Of a DNA stretch of 64,000 nucleotides, positions 61,324 to 64,000 are shown piece by piece. Where the stretch lies: the NCBI RefSeq assembly GCF_019468565.1, contig NZ_CP080521.1, forward strand, positions 9,651,214 to 9,715,213, in the 5' to 3' direction. The number at the start of each line of letters is the position of its first letter. Positions within the stretch are counted from its first letter, which is position 1. The position numbers were made by a program, and so were the translations under genes. Source of the stretch: Pseudonocardia sp. DSM 110487 (lineage in GTDB: Bacteria > Actinomycetota > Actinomycetes > Mycobacteriales > Pseudonocardiaceae). The notes beneath the pieces are model-generated. The model did not search any database, was not told the DNA's origin, and worked only from the letters and a program-made list of their open reading frames with translations.

Positions 61324-64000
61324 GGTCGCCCAAGGGAATCCCTACGGCCTGCTCGGGGCGCAGGGTACTGCCGTACTCGTATCTCTCCTGGTATGCGGCG
61401 TCGGAGAGCTCGGCCCGGGCGGCCGCCTCCGCGCGGTCGACGTCGGCCCGTTCGGCGGGTGGCCGCGGCGCGCCAACCTCTTCGCGGGCCGCGGCCGCCG
61501 CACCGAGCAACGTCGCTGCCTCGGCCGCCCGCCCGGCCAGCGCGGCTGCGCCGGCGAGACCGTCGAGCGCGGCGGCCTGCGCGCGGATGTCGGCTACCGC
61601 CGAGGCGATCGCGAAGGCCTCCCGGTGCCGCGCGACCGCCTTCTCCGCCTCGCCGCGCTGCTCGGCGAGGAACCCCAGCTCGGTGAGGACAACCGCGCGC
61701 GGCGTCGGATGCAGCGAGACGGACTCGACGGTGTCGGTGAACGTGCGCAGCCTGCGCTCGGCCTCGTCGAGGTTCCCTGCCCGCCGGGCGAGCAGCGCGA
61801 GCCCCAGGATCGCAAACCCGCGGCCGGGCCCGTATCCCTGCTCGGTGGCGAGCCGCAGCCCGCGCTCGAGCAGTCGAAGGGCAGCATCGTGGTCGCCGCG
61901 CAGCATCGCCAGCCGCCCGAGCCACGAGTAGCGGTCGGCGGCCTGTGGCCACAGCCCGAGCTCCGACGCGATCCGCACGCCGTCCTCGTGCAACCGGGCC
62001 GACTTCCCGAACTCGCCCCGGATCTCGGCGAGCGCGGCGAGCCACTCGCTCGCCTGCAGCCGGCCCCACCGGTCGCCGAGCTCGCCGAACAGCCGGTGGC
62101 TCTCCTCCGCGGCGGCCTCCATCCGCACGAGGTCGCCGTGGGCGTGCGCCTGCTTCGCCTGCGCGCTCAGCGCCGCCGCGACTCCCCAGGTGTCGCCGGC
62201 CGCCCGCAGCGCGGTCAGCGTGTCCTCGACGAGCCGCTCGCTGACGTCCGGCTCGAGCAGGTCGGTCCCGGCGAAGCCGACGAACAGCCGCGCGCGGGCC
62301 GGCGCCTTCGGAGGCAACCCCGAGACGTCGACCGGCTCGCCGGCCAGCAGCCGGATCCCCGCGCGCCAGGTCTCCGCCGCGGCGCGCTCGTCCGCCGGGC
62401 CGCCCGCCGTCGCGAGCACCGTGTCGAGCGAGCGAATGGCCTCGCGCAGCCGCCCGCGCAGCACCCACGACCACGCGAGCGCGTTCACCAGCCGAAACGC
62501 GGTCGTCGCGTCGTCGGCGAGCGCGAAGTCGAAGGCGGACTGCAGATTCGCGGCCTCCGCGTCGAGACGGCCGAGCCAGATCTGCTGGTCAGGACCGCGG
62601 AGGCCGGTCTGCGACCGCTCGGCCAACGCGAGGTGGTGCGCCGCGTGCCGGCGACGTGTGGACGCCTCCTCGCCGGCCTCGGCGAGCCGCTCGAGACCGT
62701 AGGCCGCGATCGACTCGAGCAGCCCGTACCTCGTGCCGGCCGGCGTCGACGTCGTCGTGACGAGCGAGCGATCCACCAACCGGCCGAGCAGGTCGACCAC
62801 GTCCACGGCGTCGACCCCGTCGCCTACGCACGCCGCCTCAGCCGCGGCGAGGGTGCAGCCCTCGACGTGCACGGCGAGCCTGCGATGTACCGCGCGTTCG
62901 CGGTCCGGCAGCAGCTGCCAGCTCCAGTCGATCGTCGCGCGCAGCGTCCGCTGCCGGGCCGGCCCGCCGCGCTGCCCTGCCGCGAGCAGGCGGAAGCGGT
63001 CGTCGAGCCGCGCGGCGAGCTCGTGCACTCCCAGCGCGCGGACCCGCGTCGCCGCGAGCTCGAGCGCGAGCGGGACACCGTCCAGGCGCTGGCAGATCGC
63101 CGCGACCACACCCGCGTCGAGAGGATCGCGCGAGCCTGCGGCCTCGGCGCGCGCGAGGAAGAGCGCGACCGCGTCCTCCTCGGCGAGCGACGGCACGACC
63201 GAGACGTGCTCGCCAGCGATGCCGAGCGCCTCCTGACTGGTGGCGAGCACGCGTACCTCCGGCACGGTCGCCAGCATGCGGGCCACGACCTCGGCGGCCG
63301 CGTCGACGACGTGCTCGCAGTTGTCGAGTACGAGCAACATCCGGCGCGCGCGCAACGCAGTGGTCAGCAGATCGATCGGTGCGGCCACCCGGTCGCGGGT
63401 GCTGACCTCCAGGACGCGAAGGACCAGCTCCGCCACTGCGGCGGCGGACGCGTCCGGCTCGAGTGCGGTGAGAGCGACCAGCCAGGCGCCGTCTGGGTAG
63501 GTGACCGGATCGGCGCCGCGCGCGACCTCGAGGGCGAGCCTCGTCTTGCCGACGCCGCCGGAGCCGGTGAGCGTGACGAGCCGGCTCCGCCCGAGCAGCG
63601 CGCGGAGCTCGGCGACGGCCTCGGAGCGGCCGACCATCTCGGTCACGGGTACGGGCAGGTTGGTCCGCAGCCGCGTCGGGGGCGCGGCAAGGGTCGGAGC
63701 CTGCTCGAGCACCGCCTGCCGCAGAGCAGCGAGATCGGGGCTCGGATCGATGCCGAGCTCGTCGGCAAGGCACCTGCGCAGGTCGTCGTAGCTGTCGAGC
63801 GCCTCGTCCTGCCGGCCCGCGGCGTACAGCGCGCGGATGTGGAGGGCGCGCAGCCGTTCCCGCAACGGGTGCTGGGCGACCAGATCGGCGACTTCCGCGG
63901 CGAGCGTGCTGTGCTCGCCGAGCGCGAGCCGCGCCTCGGCGAGCTCTTCGAATGCGACGAGGCGCTCCTCGTCCAGCCGAGCCGCGAACGGCTGCGCGAA
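61289..64000 (-). CDS. AfsR/SARP-family regulator (BTAD + NB-ARC + TPR), 5' end beyond the window
   Basis: Paralog of 1527..4616 ([30 protein letters not shown]). The BTAD region (…[32 protein letters not shown]…) continues in frame past 63865 to the window edge. Confidence 0.85.
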   Translation of the reverse strand, partial: FAQPFAARLDEERLVAFEELAEARLALGEHSTLAAEVADLVAQHPLRERLRALHIRALYAAGRQDEALDSYDDLRRCLADELGIDPSPDLAALRQAVLEQAPTLAAPPTRLRTNLPVPVTEMVGRSEAVAELRALLGRSRLVTLTGSGGVGKTRLALEVARGADPVTYPDGAWLVALTALEPDASAAAVAELVLRVLEVSTRDRVAAPIDLLTTALRARRMLLVLDNCEHVVDAAAEVVARMLATVPEVRVLATSQEALGIAGEHVSVVPSLAEEDAVALFLARAEAAGSRDPLDAGVVAAICQRLDGVPLALELAATRVRALGVHELAARLDDRFRLLAAGQRGGPARQRTLRATIDWSWQLLPDRERAVHRRLAVHVEGCTLAAAEAACVGDGVDAVDVVDLLGRLVDRSLVTTTSTPAGTRYGLLESIAAYGLERLAEAGEEASTRRRHAAHHLALAERSQTGLRGPDQQIWLGRLDAEAANLQSAFDFALADDATTAFRLVNALAWSWVLRGRLREAIRSLDTVLATAGGPADERAAAETWRAGIRLLAGEPVDVSGLPPKAPARARLFVGFAGTDLLEPDVSERLVEDTLTALRAAGDTWGVAAALSAQAKQAHAHGDLVRMEAAAEESHRLFGELGDRWGRLQASEWLAALAEIRGEFGKSARLHEDGVRIASELGLWPQAADRYSWLGRLAMLRGDHDAALRLLERGLRLATEQGYGPGRGFAILGLALLARRAGNLDEAERRLRTFTDTVESVSLHPTPRAVVLTELGFLAEQRGEAEKAVARHREAFAIASAVADIRAQAAALDGLAGAAALAGRAAEAATLLGAAAAAREEVGAPRPPAERADVDRAEAAARAELSDAAYQERYEYGSTLRPEQAVGIPLGDLSRPVPGSARA

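Overview
This is a 64-kb window of high-GC (about 70%+) actinobacterial chromosome. Gene order resembles Mycobacterium/Pseudonocardia-type genomes: thiE lies divergent from thiO-thiS-thiG, and cysS is followed by an rlmB-like methyltransferase. I find about 60 protein genes, one tRNA-Thr(UGU), a TPP riboswitch in the thiOSG leader, no rRNA, no CRISPR and no transposase or IS elements. Many of the additional long ORFs in the track are antisense or out-of-frame artefacts of the GC content. Where the track ORF carries an N-terminal extension, I re-called the start from RBS position, homolog N-termini and 1-4 nt stop/start overlaps.

Main content:
- Two paralogous SARP/AfsR-type regulators (BTAD + NB-ARC ATPase + TPR) in inverted orientation at the two window edges.
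- An F420-type nitroreductase plus SDR.
- thiE // TPP-riboswitch-thiO-thiS-thiG.
- A Moco oxidoreductase fused to a heme-type membrane domain, next to an OmpR/histidine-kinase two-component pair.
- A conserved epimerase - GT2 - DUF2064 - methyltransferase operon.
- A beta-oxidation-like cluster directly downstream of ectABC.
- A translationally coupled NfeD - flotillin - about 1,660-aa AAA+ ATPase module. I could not assign the giant protein to any characterised family; this is my top candidate for an undescribed system.
- MFS/XRE, epoxide hydrolase, an AlkZ/YcaQ-like winged-helix protein, a Uma2 nuclease interrupted by an in-frame TGA, and a chain of four overlapping small enzyme genes.
- A ThrE-family exporter beside tRNA-Thr and followed by otsA-otsB.
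- TetR, a LacI gene divergent from znuABC, cysS-rlmB and a VOC protein.

All coordinates come from reading the sequence by eye and may be off by 1-2 nt. No database search was possible.
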